Shown: positions 23,791 to 37,014 of the stretch, piece by piece | Layout of the letters: each line of letters opens with the position of its first letter | How positions within the stretch are numbered: the stretch's first letter is position 1 | Assembly: GCA_035084275.1 (NCBI GenBank) | Contig: CM068761.1 | Location: 8,494,001-8,558,000, forward strand | Origin: Hydrolagus colliei | Lineage: Eukaryota | Length of the DNA stretch: 64,000 nt | Reading direction: 5' to 3' | Translations under genes and position numbers: made by a program | The notes under the pieces: generated by a model | The model's input: only the letters and a program-made list of their open reading frames with translations | What the model was told of the DNA's origin: nothing | Database searches by the model: none

Positions 23791-24059
23791 ACTGAAGATG
23801 GCAGGAAATACATTGAGAAATATGGAGGAACAGCTTGAACACATGTTCATTTGTAAACAACAACAACAAAATACAATTTCTATAGCGCCTTTCACATTGG
23901 GAGGACGCCCCAAGGCACTGACCAGTCAGGTAGGGACCAGAGCGGGGAGCAGGGGTCAGGGTAGGAGGAAGGAGAATAAGAGAAGTGACTATATTTGTGA
24001 GCAAAACACAGCAGCAAAAATTGCGCACAGCAGTGTCCCACGAATAATCGTGGGATTGG

Positions 24060-24585
24060 GTTTAGGGGAGAAAGGTGGAAAAGAGCATAATTGGGGAGAG
24101 GGAGGGAAAGGTGGAGTGAGGTAATGTCGAGGAGGATAAGGGTAGGAGAAAGGGGGGTAAGGTGTCGATGGAGGGAAAGGTGGTGTGGGGGTTAAAATCA
24201 GGGAGAAATGGGGGGAGTAAGGGGGTTAAGGGGAAATAGGGAGGGAAGGGATAAAAGGTGGAGAGGGAAAGAATGGGGGGAAAAGGGAGCAGTTGGATGG
24301 AAGAGGGAGAAGAGAGGGAGGAAAGAGAGGGAAGTAAGGTTGGAAGAGAGGGAGGGGAAAGAAAGTGAAGCGGATAGAGAGGGTAGAGTTGAAAGAGCGA
24401 GAGGAAGGAAAGGGGAGGAAAAGGGGGTGAAAAGAAGGATGAAAGTGAGGCAATGGAAGAGGGAAGTAAAGAGGAGTGGGGTGTAGAACATTGAAATGGC
24501 AAAGAAGAGAGGTAAAAGGGGAGGAGAGAAAGGTGGAAAGGTAGCGAGGGAAGAAAAGGGGTGAAAGGTTAGAGGTCAAAAGGGA
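24060..24585 (+). repeat. Purine-rich low-complexity tract
   Basis: Homologous to 9030-9520. Confidence 0.9.
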
Positions 24586-24624
24586 GTGATTAATTAATGG
24601 CAACAAAAATAACAATAACAATAA

Positions 24625-24790
24625 TGAAGTCCTTGAGCTCGCCACTACTTGTCCTCGCCATCTGCCTGGACGATCTACTTAAGGTGGAACTGGACGTAGG
24701 TGAAGTGGGAGGAGACGGCCAACAGTGATGCGTTGAACAGCTCCTGCTCGGCCTCCAGCCGCTGCAGTTTCTCATGGATTTGGCCTAGTG
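24625..24790 (-). pseudogene. RUNDC1: RUNDC1-like fragment, copy 2
   Basis: HEKLQRLEAEQELFNASLLAVSSHFTYVQFHLK*IVQADGEDK..ELKDF. Confidence 0.7.
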
Positions 24791-24819
24791 TGGTGACATG
24801 CCCCAAACCAACCGGCTCC

Positions 24820-25090
24820 TCAGCTGGTGTACTTGGTGATGGCCTTGATGTTCTCGGACACGGCATGGGTGGACAGCTCACCCAGCAGCAGCAGCCTGAC
24901 CCCCATTTAGATCTCCCGCGATGAGATGGTCTGCCACTTGCTATACTAGATCAGGTAATAGGCCTCGCAGGCGATCCACTCAAAGATGTCATTGAAGAAC
25001 GAGTTCACACATTCATGGCCGACGATGGGTGGACCTGCTTCAGCACCTTGTACATGTATGAGGTGTAACTGTGTCCTACGATTGCGGTAG
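24820..25090 (-). pseudogene. H2B: Histone H2B-like pseudogene, copy 2 (internal deletion)
   Basis: [10 protein letters not shown]...NSFFNDIFEWI...TKYTS, with a deletion at about 25030. Confidence 0.88.
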
Positions 25091-25783
25091 TGGCGTCTAA
25101 CCCTGCTGTTTGTCCGCTGCCAGCGCCTTTTTCAGGGACCATCGAAGTGGTCAGCGGCTTGGGATGTCTTTCTGATGTGAAAGTTGCTCTATAAATGTAA
25201 TTTTGTTGTTGTTGTTCAGTCCCATATTTCTATGTTCTGTTGCTAAATTTGATCAGTTTAATCAAAATAATGCTGACTATGATAATGATAACTGGATACC
25301 TGGGCTAAATCATTTGCTGACTTTAAACAAAATCCAATTATGACTACATGTCATAATGCACGTGAAGAAGCAAACGCTTTGGGTCCTGTCCAGCAATGAC
25401 ACAAGTAAAATTAACATTGATTTCAATGACCATCGTGGCCGAGAAACTGTAAGATATTAAAACGCACAAATTGGCTTCCACATTTACCTAAATAATATAC
25501 GCAATATGTCCAGTAAAGCATCACTTGAAATGAAAAGTCATCATTAAATGAAAGGTACTTTCTCAAAGGTATTATTATTTATTTCATTTTTAATACACTA
25601 CAAGTGAGAGTTTTTTTTTATTGATGGTCACTTTGGATTTCTAAGCATGAGAAAATCACTTGACCTTGACCTGTCAAAAACATGCATTGGATGATCGCAT
25701 GCGAAGACTTCCATACAAGTGAGTTTTCAAATTTGAAGAATTGAGTGTATCAACTTCTGAAATGCACTGGTGTGTATGTCCTC

Positions 25784-26800
25784 TCCAGCATCTCCTCACA
25801 GTGGGAGTTAGAGGAAAGGACCTGCGAGGCAAGGCAAGGTGGTGGGTGGGGGGACGGGGACGACAATGGGGGGATGGAGGATCTGGTTGGTGGTGGAGAA
25901 AAGAAGCCGGGGGTTGTACTTCACCTCCAGGATTATCATAGAGAAGAAGGACGATTTGGTGGAGGCTAGAGTGGAGCCTAGAATGGAGCGATAGGGCAAA
26001 GTGAGGTACAGCCATATATGCCAGTGGACCGTTAAGCGGGATTTGAAACAGGTGCTTTCAATGGCCCGCACCTGGCCCTTGAGGGAACGGAGGTGCGTGG
26101 TGAACCAGGGTGAGGTTCGGGAGCAGGAGGCATTCAGTAGGTGAGGGGGAAAAGCACGTCATGTGGTGGAGAGGGTATTGTGGGGGAGAGTGAGTGCAGA
26201 AGATAGGCCAGTGCTGAGGGTGGCCAGAGGGAGAGGTGTTTGGAGGACTCCAAGGCAGCAGAGAAAGATTATGGAGGGATCCTCTGCCATGGCCGATAGA
26301 AGATGGTGATTTGTTGGGGTGGAGGGGAGAGTGATTGGAGATGGCCTTGTTGGTGATATTGAGATCAGAGACACTGAAGCTCAGTGTGATCACCAAGTTA
26401 AACGGGTGGCCGTGAACGTGTGTAGCGGAGTGGATGTGGAGGGAGAGGTTGAGAGAGGAGAGGAGGGAGGAGAATTCTGAGGAGGTGGAGCAAGCGGCGG
26501 TGAAGTGGAGGTTCATGTCGTCGAGAATGATGAGATGAAACGTGACATCCGATCGGATGAGGCGCAGAGGTAAGCTAGGAGTGTGGAGAATTCAGAGATG
26601 AAGGTTTGGGAGAGTCAGTGCTGGAGGTGATAAAATGTAGAAATAGGATAAAAAGGCAATTAAGAGAACACTGACTGGAGATGGTTGATGTGGTCATTGC
26701 AAACACACTCTTGGGATCCGCACAAGAGGCAGGTAATCCCGCCTCTTCGTCTGAATGATTCCGCCCCCTCGCACTCACTGATCACATCCACCATCTCCAG
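25784..26800 (-). mobile_element. 5' portion of the same L2, truncated by the unit deletion
   Basis: Homologous to about 20330-21320. Confidence 0.85.
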
Positions 26801-29139
26801 TAAGTGTTCCCTTGATAGTATTTATTATCTTATTTATATATTTACTAAACAACTAATATAAAATTTAGTCAGCTAATATCACTTCAATTAATCCAATTGC
26901 TAATTATTGTTTCTAACTATTCATTAATTCGTCAATGACAAATAATTGAAACAACGAATATTGAGACATATAGCGAGGAGTGCCCGTATATACGTGAGGA
27001 AAACAAGGCAATACATTACTCACAGGTGTACTCCACAAACCGCTGGATTTAAATGACCAATATATTATTGTTTTGTTGAGGGATTGTTAGGTATGTGGTG
27101 CAAGGAAATTTACCCAATGTTGCACCCTTCCTGGAATTGAGCCCAATTCTTTCGCTTTTAAGGCACTTGCTGTATCCACTGAGCTACTGGACTGCTCACT
27201 TGAAGGGTTTATTATAATGATGATAATAGGAGGCGGCACCATTTCATGCAGATAGATGGATAATACATCTGTTATAAACCACATATTAGAATAAAAAAAC
27301 CAAAAATGCATAGTAAATGTAGCAGAACACGTGTGGTGTTCTGTGTGCTCCAGCACTGACTCTCCCAAACCTTCATATGTGCTGACAACATAAGCAATAA
27401 GGAACGAGGGAAGATGAGAAAATATATCGATCTGGAAATGGAATGGGGACGACATGTTGCAGTACAAATCAAACATAAATCCTATAGTTCAATGTTTAGA
27501 GCACTCGTCACTCAAGCAAGTGACCTGGATTCAATTCTAGACAGGGCAAAATCTTGAGCAGGTTTTCATACACAATATGCCTAATCCATCAAAAGAGGTA
27601 ATAATAAATTGCTAACTTCAATCTGCGACTGTTTGCGGGTCACTGCTGATATGTTTCGCCCACAGGTATTCACTTTTTGTTTGAGGGACCTTGTGTAAAG
27701 CGCTTTGAGACGTCTAGAAGATAAAAGGATTGGTATTATAACTTAGGATTTGTTTTAGTCATCCATAAATATTTTTAAATAATAGAAACACATTCTTGTG
27801 TTTTGTTTTGGCTTGATGCGTCTTGTGTGCAATCATCTGCAATCATCTGGAAGTATTTGCATTGACAGCAATATTCTTAGAGAAACAAAATAATCCATGT
27901 TTGTGATATACGTGAATGTTTGAATAGAAATGATACCTGTGCCTATTGAAATACAGACAGAGCTTCTGATAGTTCAGTATTAATTTAACAAGGTGACAAT
28001 TTCTTCAAACTTTGAAAGACAACATTAATCGGGTACTTTTAGTCACACCTCGGATTTCTACCCAAGCTTCTGATACATCAGATGTGGGCAGAGTCAGGCG
28101 AGGAACATTAATTCTGTGGATCGCGCTATCCCACAATAAATAAAAACGTTTCCTCACTCTCACTGAGGCAACAATTTTGAATGTGTGTCCGTTTGAATTT
28201 CACAGCTTATATGAAATCTACTCAGGTTGTTGCGACTTGTCATGTCTGCTTTTGTAGCCAAATACAGTGGTTGTTTTGCAGCAGCAATATCACTTAACAA
28301 ATGACCAACAAAAATCGTAAATAATCTTATGTATAGACAAATGCAAGAACACATTGCATTTAAGCAGCATGTTGCCAAAACTCGTCATCCGTGCTGTGAT
28401 TGGATTGAAATTGGGATGGGTGGCAGCATGGCTAAGGCACGGTGAAAGAGAAAGGAATTTAGATGCGATTTCAAAGAGGGAAGGCAGTACAAGGCAAAGT
28501 GTTTCCTAGACAATTTTCCCAAGGAATATAGCCAAAACATGATGAAGGCCTTTTGCGATGAATGCAAGAATGATTGTCTCTGCAGCGTGAGTGGAGAGAC
28601 AGTGGCAGTGTTGGTCAGTGTCATGGAAGTGCCGGAATACAGAACTGTGGTTGGCATCCATATTGGGATAAGGAAAGATGAGCATCCAAGAGAATACTGA
28701 CGCTTTGTGGAAGCTCTGGCCGGTGAAAAAGAATCTGTTGATAGGGTCGTTCTCAGTTCTTTGGGTTAGGAACTGCAGACAGGAGCCAAATAAGGCGGCC
28801 TTCACTTTGTCAGCTTTAAACTGGAAAAAATTAGCCATTATTCAGGGCTTGATCCGTGAAAATGGCAGGAAACACATTGAGAAATATGGAGGAACAGCTT
28901 GAATACAGGTTTATTTGTGAACAGCAACAACAAAATTACATTTCTATAGCGCCTTTCACATTGGGAGGACATCCAAAGCCGCTGAACTGTCAGGTGTGTA
29001 CCAGAGCAGGGGAGCAGGGGTCGGTGTAGGGGGAAGGAGAGTAAGAGAATTGACGGTATATTTGAGGGTGAAACACGGCAACCAAACCGCGCGCAGCAGT
29101 GTCCCACAAATAGTCGTGGGAGTGGGTCCGGGGAGAAAG

Positions 29140-29640
29140 GGGGAAAAGAGCATAAGCGGGAAAGGGAGGGAAAGGTGAGGTGAGGTACAGTCGGGAGGAA
29201 ACGTGTAGGAGAAAGGGGGTAATGTGGAGAGGGACGTAAAGGGGTGGTGTTCAAATCTGGGAGAAATGGGAGAAATTAGGTTAAAGGGAAACAGGGAAGG
29301 AAGGGAGAAAAGGGGGAGAGGGAAAGAATGGGGGAAAAGGGAGCAGAAGGAAGAATGAGGGAGAAGAGTGGGGAGGGAAAAGAGGGAAGAAAGGAGGGAA
29401 GATAGGGAGGGGAAAGAAAGGGAAGTGGACAGAGAGGGTAGGGGTGAAAGAGCGAGAGGAAAGAAAGGGGGGCGGAGGGGAAAGGTGGAGTGAAGAGAGC
29501 AGAGGAAACAGAAGCAATGAAAGAGGGAATTAAAGAGCGGATTAGAGATAGGCAAAGAAGGGAGGTAAAAAGGGAGCAGAGAAAGGGGGAAAGGGAGCAA
29601 GGGAAGAAAATTGGGGAAAGGTTAAGGTGCAAAAGGGGGG
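29140..29640 (+). repeat. Purine-rich low-complexity tract
   Basis: Homologous to 9030-9520. Confidence 0.9.
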
Positions 29641-29684
29641 TATTAATCAATGCCAACAAAAATAACAATAATAACAATAATGTT

Positions 29685-29835
29685 ATTGAGCTCACCACTC
29701 TTTGTCCTCACCTGGACGATCTGTTTGAGGTGGAACTGGAACTGGGTGACGTGGGAGGTGAGTGCCAACAGTGATGAGTTGAACACTCCTGCTCGGCCTC
29801 CAGCCGCTGCAGTTCCTCGGCCATGATGGTCACTG
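29685..29835 (-). pseudogene. RUNDC1: RUNDC1-like fragment, copy 3
   Basis: MAEELQRLEAEQE..NSSLLALTSHVTQFQFHLKQIVQ. Confidence 0.7.
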
Positions 29836-29891
29836 CCAGGGATTGGGCCTAGTGTGGTGGCACTAGTGTGGCCCCAAAACTGACCGGCTCA

Positions 29892-30212
29892 TCAGCTGGT
29901 ATACTTGGTGATGGCCTTGATGCTCTCGGACATGGCATGTTTGGCCAGCTCACCCGGCAGCAGCAGCCTGACTGCCATCTGGATCTCCCACGATGAGATG
30001 GTCTGCCACTTGCTATACTGGATCAGGTAATATGCCTCGCAGGTGATCCACTCAACGATGTCGTTGACAAACGAGTTCACCACATTCATGGCCGACGATA
30101 AGATGCCCGTGTTCTTGTGGACCTGCTTCAGCACCTTGTACATGTATGTGGTGTAACTCTGTGTCCTGCGCGTGCGGCATATAACCCAGCTGCTCGTCCG
30201 CCACCGTCGCAT
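29892..30212 (-). pseudogene. H2B: Histone H2B-like copy 3; uninterrupted 106-aa ORF from ATG
   Basis: [35 protein letters not shown]...[18 protein letters not shown]...TKYTS. R>W and T>M changes are CpG-type. No histone 3' stem-loop. Confidence 0.88.
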
Positions 30213-32871
30213 TTTTGAGGGACCACCAAAGTGGTCAGCGGCTTGTGTTGTCTTTCCAATGTGAAATGTGCTCCATAAATGTAATTTTATTGTTGTTGTT
30301 CAGTCCCATATTTCTATGTTCTTTTAATAAGTTTGATCAGTTTAATCAAAATAATCCTAACGATGATAATGATAACTGGATACCTGGGATTAATCATCTG
30401 CTCCAATGACTTGAAACAAAATTCAATTATGACCACATGTCACAATGCACATGAAGAAGAAAACACTTTGTATCCTGTCCAGCAATGACACAATTAAAAT
30501 GTGCATTGACTTGAATAACCATTATGGCTGAGAAACTGTAAAATATTAGCATGCACAAATTGGCTTCCACATTTACCTAAATAATATACGACAGTGAAGC
30601 ATCACTTGAAACAAAAGTCATCATTAAATGAAAGGTACTTTCTCAAAGGTATTATTATTTATTCCATTTTTAATACACTACAAGTGTGAGCTTTTTTTTA
30701 TTGAAGGTCATTTTGGATTTCTATGCATGAGCAAATCATTTGATCTTGACCTGTCAAAAATGTGCATTGAATCATCGCATGCTTCCATACAAGCGAGTTT
30801 TCAAATTTGAAGACTTGAGTAGATCACTTTCTGAAATGCACTGGTGTGTATGTCCTACACTGGTGGAGGTTGCATCCTTTGGATTACACTTGAAACCAAA
30901 TACCATTTTCTTGTTAATTTGGAAATTAAGGATCCCATGTCACAATGCAAATGGGGAACAAAGCGTTTGGTGTCCTGGCCAACAATTGCCCCAAATAATA
31001 CTATCATTCATTTCAAGGCTGTTTGTGAAACATCACCATCCACTAATTTGCTGCTATATATTTCCAAACAGCATGTACTTTATATTCCGGGAAGCATATT
31101 GACAGGTCCTCTTGATATGAAACGTGCTTTGTCAAAAGCATTATCTGTTTATTTCATTTAACAGTAAATGTATTCTGGAAGTGTTCCGTTTAAAAATGAA
31201 TGCAGTGTTGGGTTTCCTACGCATGTGCAAGTTATTTTGACGTGTCCTAAATGTGCATGGAATCAGCGCATGGACAGAATTGAATACACGTGACTGGGAA
31301 CTCTGGGGGTAATCTTCACTTGAGCACTGTTCTTCTTTTAGCGTGTTGTGTAACATTAATCTGCTTTTACGCTTCCCGTTCCAATTAAATATCACAATCT
31401 GGACATGTCAATGACATGTCCAGAAGATGGGACTTATGTGTTTGTATATTGATGCTATTACATCTCTGTTCCCTGGAAGGAAAAGTAGATTAACAGCCGT
31501 TAACGTTTTATCAGAAAAAGCAATGGCTGCAAATTAATTCAGTGGCACTGATCTGGCTGTGATTCCACAGGATGATTCCAGTCTCTTTTAAAGGGAACAT
31601 AACCGCAAATATGCGTGGAAAATCTGTGTGTGGATTTTATGTGGTATTTTGTTTTGAATTGGTGTCATAACAAATATATTTATAAATATATACATGTTCT
31701 CAAAAATCTTAAACCCATCTTTTTTCGTACCACGACTGTCTCCAGGTAAATCCCTTCGATCGAATATGAAATAACTATCAAAAAGTCAAAACAAACCCAA
31801 ATATGTCTATATGAGTGTGTGAGGGACGGGTAATAGCAAATAACAGTTGCCCCTATCGATGAATGTGTTGCTGATCCCCAGGCTGGCTGATCAAGAGAGC
31901 CGGCACTGTATTCATTGTATATAACTTTGCCCGATAGAAACGTTCCTTTAACATCGGGGAATGTGAATTGCGCTATCATTCTGCTGTTAAATATATTACA
32001 TCTGCAGTGAGGCACAGTGCAGTAAAGGGAATCCTAGCGTGAGGGCAGGGCTGATACCTGCCAGAAGGTGAATTGGAAAAATTATTTCAGAAATAGACAA
32101 ACCGTATTTGTGAGGATCCATGTCACCGGCTGTGAAGTGTGACTTGCACGGCAGGGTCTGTATCAGTTGAGGTGTGGCTTGTCAGTGTGTAAACTGTAAC
32201 TGAATGAAAAGATGAAACTTTCCCAACTAGAAATTTTCTTTCATCGGAACAAGCTTCACGAGCGAATAAATCTCTTTGTACCTGGCCAAGCGAATCTTGC
32301 AGGATTCGAACACTGCAAAGCCGCGAACTACATAAATATTTAATAGAATAAGACTTTTCTACGACACTGTCAATAATTGAAGTTTGTGCTATTTAAAAAA
32401 AAACTGTTTCACACTGGAAACGAAACTAGCATCATTTTCTGATGTCCTGTAGGTCAGTTTAGAGCACTTGCCTTACAATCGAGTGACCTGGGTTTGATTC
32501 GTCAGGGCGAAACCTTGGGTAAATTACCTTACCCCACACGTCCGATAATAATCCCTAAAAAAACCCCCAATAATAATTTGGTCATTTCAAGACTGTTTGT
32601 TGGAAGCAACTTTGCGTAATTGGCTGCCCCTTTCTCTCACATATATACAGTATATTCTGTGAAGCGCTTTAGGACGTCTAGAAGACGTGAAAAGCACCAT
32701 TTTAAATGAAGTATGATGATTACTTTATCAAGGTCTTCAGGTTGACACATTATTCAATGTTACCATGAAACAAATTTTGAAATCCGGGCTGTAAATTGGT
32801 TCAAATTTGCAAGATGCTACATCTGCTGTTCAGAACAAGGATTCCTATTGGACAATGGGAGCCGGAGGATA

Positions 32872-32879
32872 ATTTGCAT
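32872..32879 (+). promoter_or_regulatory. Ig promoter octamer (cluster C)
   Basis: ATTTGCAT 132 nt upstream of the ATG. Confidence 0.85.
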
Positions 32880-33003
32880 CAATTGTGAATTCAACTGGAC
32901 TTGCATCACCTGATGGTTCTTAAGGAGAAGTTTACAATCGAGCAGTAAAGTGGCTTTTGTCTGTGAATCACTAATTTCTCTGATGTTCATCAAACTGTTC
33001 ACA

Positions 33004-35899
33004 ATGGGCGATTGGCTCCGAGTTCTGGCCGCTTTGCTCCTGTGTCTGCATGGTAAGCGCTGCGGAATCCGCCCTGATCTCAATTAGCTTCACTTTGTAC
33101 AGTTAGTTCTACAGTGTGACCTATCTACAGTGTGACTTATCTGTGACTTGTTATTTCTCCAGGAACAACCGCAGCTGTTACCCTGACTCAGCCACCGTCC
33201 ATCTCAACCTCCCCGGGAAACACCGTCAAGATCACCTGTACCATGTCCGGAGGCAGCATCGGCAGCTACTACACGAGCTGGTACCAGCAGAAGCCTGGCA
33301 GCGCCCCTGTGCTTGTTTGGTATGAGTACAGTAGTAGCTCCGGCAGAGGTCAGGGGATTCCTGATCGATTCACTGGTTCTGTGGACTCATCGAGCAGCTC
33401 CATGCATTTAACCATCAGCGGTGTGCAGCCGGAGGACGCCGCCGATTACTACTGTGGTGCCATATATAGCAGCAACTATCCCTTCATGTTTGGTAAAGGG
33501 ACCAAGCTGAGTTTGAAAAGTAAGTGATCTTATTTCGACTTTCGATGATTATTGTGATGACGTCAGGAGGACGTCCAAATATAATTGTATGTTTGTCTGT
33601 ATTCGATATTGTTTCACAGGTTTTCTGTGATATTCGCATCTGGTTTCCTAATGACAAACCTTTTATGTGGAAATCGGAACTTTTAAAGAATCAAGCACGA
33701 GAAACCTGATCTTAACTGAAAATATGTGAAGAACTTGCACGGATATTACAGCCAACTAACAATGGTAAACAGATGGAGAAGGAATGACATGAGCGAAGAA
33801 GAGATATTCGTGGTGATATTTATATTTAACAGTCTTCAGACGGAAGATGTCAGATTCACGGAAGCACCGCTTAGAGATCCCGGTAAAGAATGAGCTACAC
33901 CAGGGAAATTAGTTAACACTTCACATCTGAGATTGAAGTTAAATCTCTTTGTGCCAGATTATTTAATTTCTATGTTTACTTGTTAACCTCTTTTCCCAGT
34001 TTGTCAGCACGAAGTGATGTTTAAAAGAATCTCCATCATAAGGAGATCAACAGCATCTTTCCATCTGGTGACTGTCGCTGGGGTCTAATGCACCGATTGT
34101 TGAACGGTTCAACCTCAGAGGGAACCGGATTCCCTGAACATAGTGTTCGTCTGTGACTAACTGATCATTTTGAAAATTTAAACTTCTTTGAGACTGAGTA
34201 ACATTATGTGTAACTGATATATGGATGACATAGAATAGCTTGTAGCTGAGGTTGTTCTCAGCATCATTACGAATTCAAATCTAATGAATTATTTTTAGAA
34301 TAATTCAAATGTTATAATATGCTCCGTGTTATTGCCATAAACAGGCTTTGCATTTTAACTTTTTTCTATTCCAGAGTTCTATTCGGATTTCTTCAAATAT
34401 TTTATTTTCTCCCCATTACCCCCATTAAAATACATTTCAATTTTACCATTAATTGAACGCATTTATCTTCAGATTTCTAATTTTACAAACGTATTATATT
34501 CTCCGAATTCCGTGGTTGATGTCACTAAGGGCAGCATCATTGGGAGACTCAATAATATAATGGTTTTCACCACAAATTGCTGCAGTTGGTCAGATGGGAA
34601 TCATCGCTCATTAAAGACAGAGGCTGAGCGCCGGCTCAATCTGGTCAATATACATTTTCTTCCTTGAAAATTTACTTTATTTTTGCCCTCAGGCATCATA
34701 TTAAAGGGATTCCGATTTGTGTATAGTGTATTGTGATTTGTGTATTGTGTATAATGATTTGTGTATTGTTTATTGTGATTTGTGTATTTTGCGCTGTTAA
34801 TTATGAATTAAAATCAGCAAATACGGTGCCAAATTAATTAGTGTGAAATCGGAAGCCATTCACTGTAACCAATCAAACATTGGATTGTGATTGTGCTCTT
34901 TAATTGTTTTTCAGTGCTGAGTGTTTGGTCAAAAGGAAAACGTTTATTTTCTTCCTATTTTCAGTTTGTTACTCTCTGTGCAAACTCTATCGAAATAGTA
35001 ATGATGTTTCACTGCGCTTTCACTCAGCCGCTCCCGCCACGTACTCCTTGTGACGCGACACTTAGTGTCCAGTATTATTTCTTATGATTGTGTTTACTAA
35101 TTATTTGAATTGAGGAAAATTTGAACGTTTGCCCACCACTGCAAAAAAAAACTATAATAAATTGTCCTTTCAATCCACGACAGTTTGTGAGACACTGCTG
35201 TGCGCAATTGGCTGCCTACAGTATATTTTGAGAAATTTAAGACGCCAAGAGCACTATATGAAATGCGAGGATTATTATGATTATTGTTGAGCTCTCAGCA
35301 GCAAACTATTAATAGTGTAATAATGAACGGTGTGTGATGGTATATGATGACCCCCAACACTCATTGTTCCCTTTACATTGTTACACTTTGTCACAGTTGA
35401 AAAGTACCGTCTAAAACTGTACACAAGAAAATGTTTTACCATTTACAGGAATATGAAATACTGTATAGGATTATTTATTGGTGAACCTGAAATTTTGGCT
35501 TGCTATTCAACAGGTCGATTGTAAATTAAAATGTTAAAAAATGAATTTTAATTTTTTATCCACATTTTTGTTCCAGACCCACGGGCCCCTTCGGTGACTA
35601 TCCTTCCGCCGTCACCAGATCAAATCACAGCAAAGCGCAAGGCGACGCTGGTGTGTCTGGTGAATGATTTTACCCCGGGAGCTGTGGAGGTCAAGTGGAC
35701 TGTGGATGGCAGTGCCAGAAGTGAAGGTGTTGAAACGAGTGCGATCAAGCAGGAGGTGGACAACACGTACAGTGTGAGCAGTTATCTGACTCTGCCAGCC
35801 TCCGAGTGGGAGTCACACGAGCTGTATTCCTGTCTGGTCAGACACGAGACTCGGGGGACTCCGCTGGAAAAAACCATCGCCAGATCCAGTTGTATCTAA
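33004..35899 (+). CDS. IGL: Ig light chain cluster C; exons 33004-33052, 33163-33519, 35577-35899; 242 aa
   Basis: Intact GT/AG sites, open frame, CDR3 [11 protein letters not shown]. Confidence 0.95.
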
Positions 35900-37014
35900 A
35901 TTAGGAACATACAGAGCTAGTCGAATTTGTCTTTGGCAATCTACATTAATAATATGAACTGTGTTACTAAATGTTTGGAAATTAAAGTAATTCTGTCAGG
36001 AATGCCCAAATTGAAAAATGAATTTGCTTAAATACCTCCGATAAATTTCCAACTAAAGGAAAGAAGCTGTTAGATTTTTAAGTAGAGTGTTACAATACGG
36101 CAATAATATTTTTTTCCTGTTTCCTGGAATTAAATTGTTGTATTTTATAGTTGTTCACGATGCAAGAATCAAACGTCCTGTGTAACATTACAGAAATAAG
36201 AAATACTACAGTTTAATAAAATAACTCTTTCATTGCCATCTGTGCCATGGCTATTTTTCTTCCATTTCTTCTCTTAATTTCATTATTATGTTGTCTAAAA
36301 CACGAAGTTGATCTGATTAATTAAACATACACGCAGTATTTTTATGCCTTTGAAATTCATCGAGCAGAATTTTGGAAACATCTACATCTTGGTCGCTAAT
36401 TAGGATCCTTTTCATGTTGTTGTTAAAAAGAACCATCCTTCAAAGTAAATTCAACATCAATTAAAATTAAAGTGAATTCGAATTATCGCACAATATTCAA
36501 TGTTAAGTCATGATTGTTGTTACAGGCTCAGCACGTGTGAAATGCTCTCCTCAACAATACTGTACATCCACCTTGGGTTTGGAAGATAATTCATTGAGAT
36601 ACTTTTGCCCCCTGCCTCTCCAGCCCGCCAATCTCAGTAGAACTAAATCAAAGTATTACTCAAGCGCTTCACTCGATCATTATGCTGAGCTTTTCTGTTG
36701 TCAAAAGGAGTCACAACCTATTGAAAGGTTATATGACCATCAGATGCAAATGAAATATCAAAATGTACCCACTCCGAAGAGCTCATTGTAGAGTTCCTCC
36801 CCTCCCCACCCCGTGGCCAGTGAGCTCCAAACCTGCCTTAAAGATACCAACTTCCGCATTGCAGCATTGCACAGACCTTTTAACACACGCAGGTGTCCCT
36901 GGAGTTTCTTTACATACTTTAATCTGCTGTCCATTCTAGTCAATGTTTTCACTTTGTTGCAAACCATTAAATCAATACATTTTAACCACTAAATAGATCT
37001 GTTCTTTGTGGGTC

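Noticed and set aside
29860-29895. Replication-dependent histone 3' stem-loop after the H2B-like ORF
   Set aside because: No GGCYCTTTTCAGRGCC-type hairpin follows the stop codon in any copy.
32014-32020. CACAGTG heptamer (similar CACTGTG at about 968)
   Set aside because: No ACAAAAACC-like nonamer at 12 or 23 nt. No functional RSS was found anywhere, consistent with pre-joined VJ.
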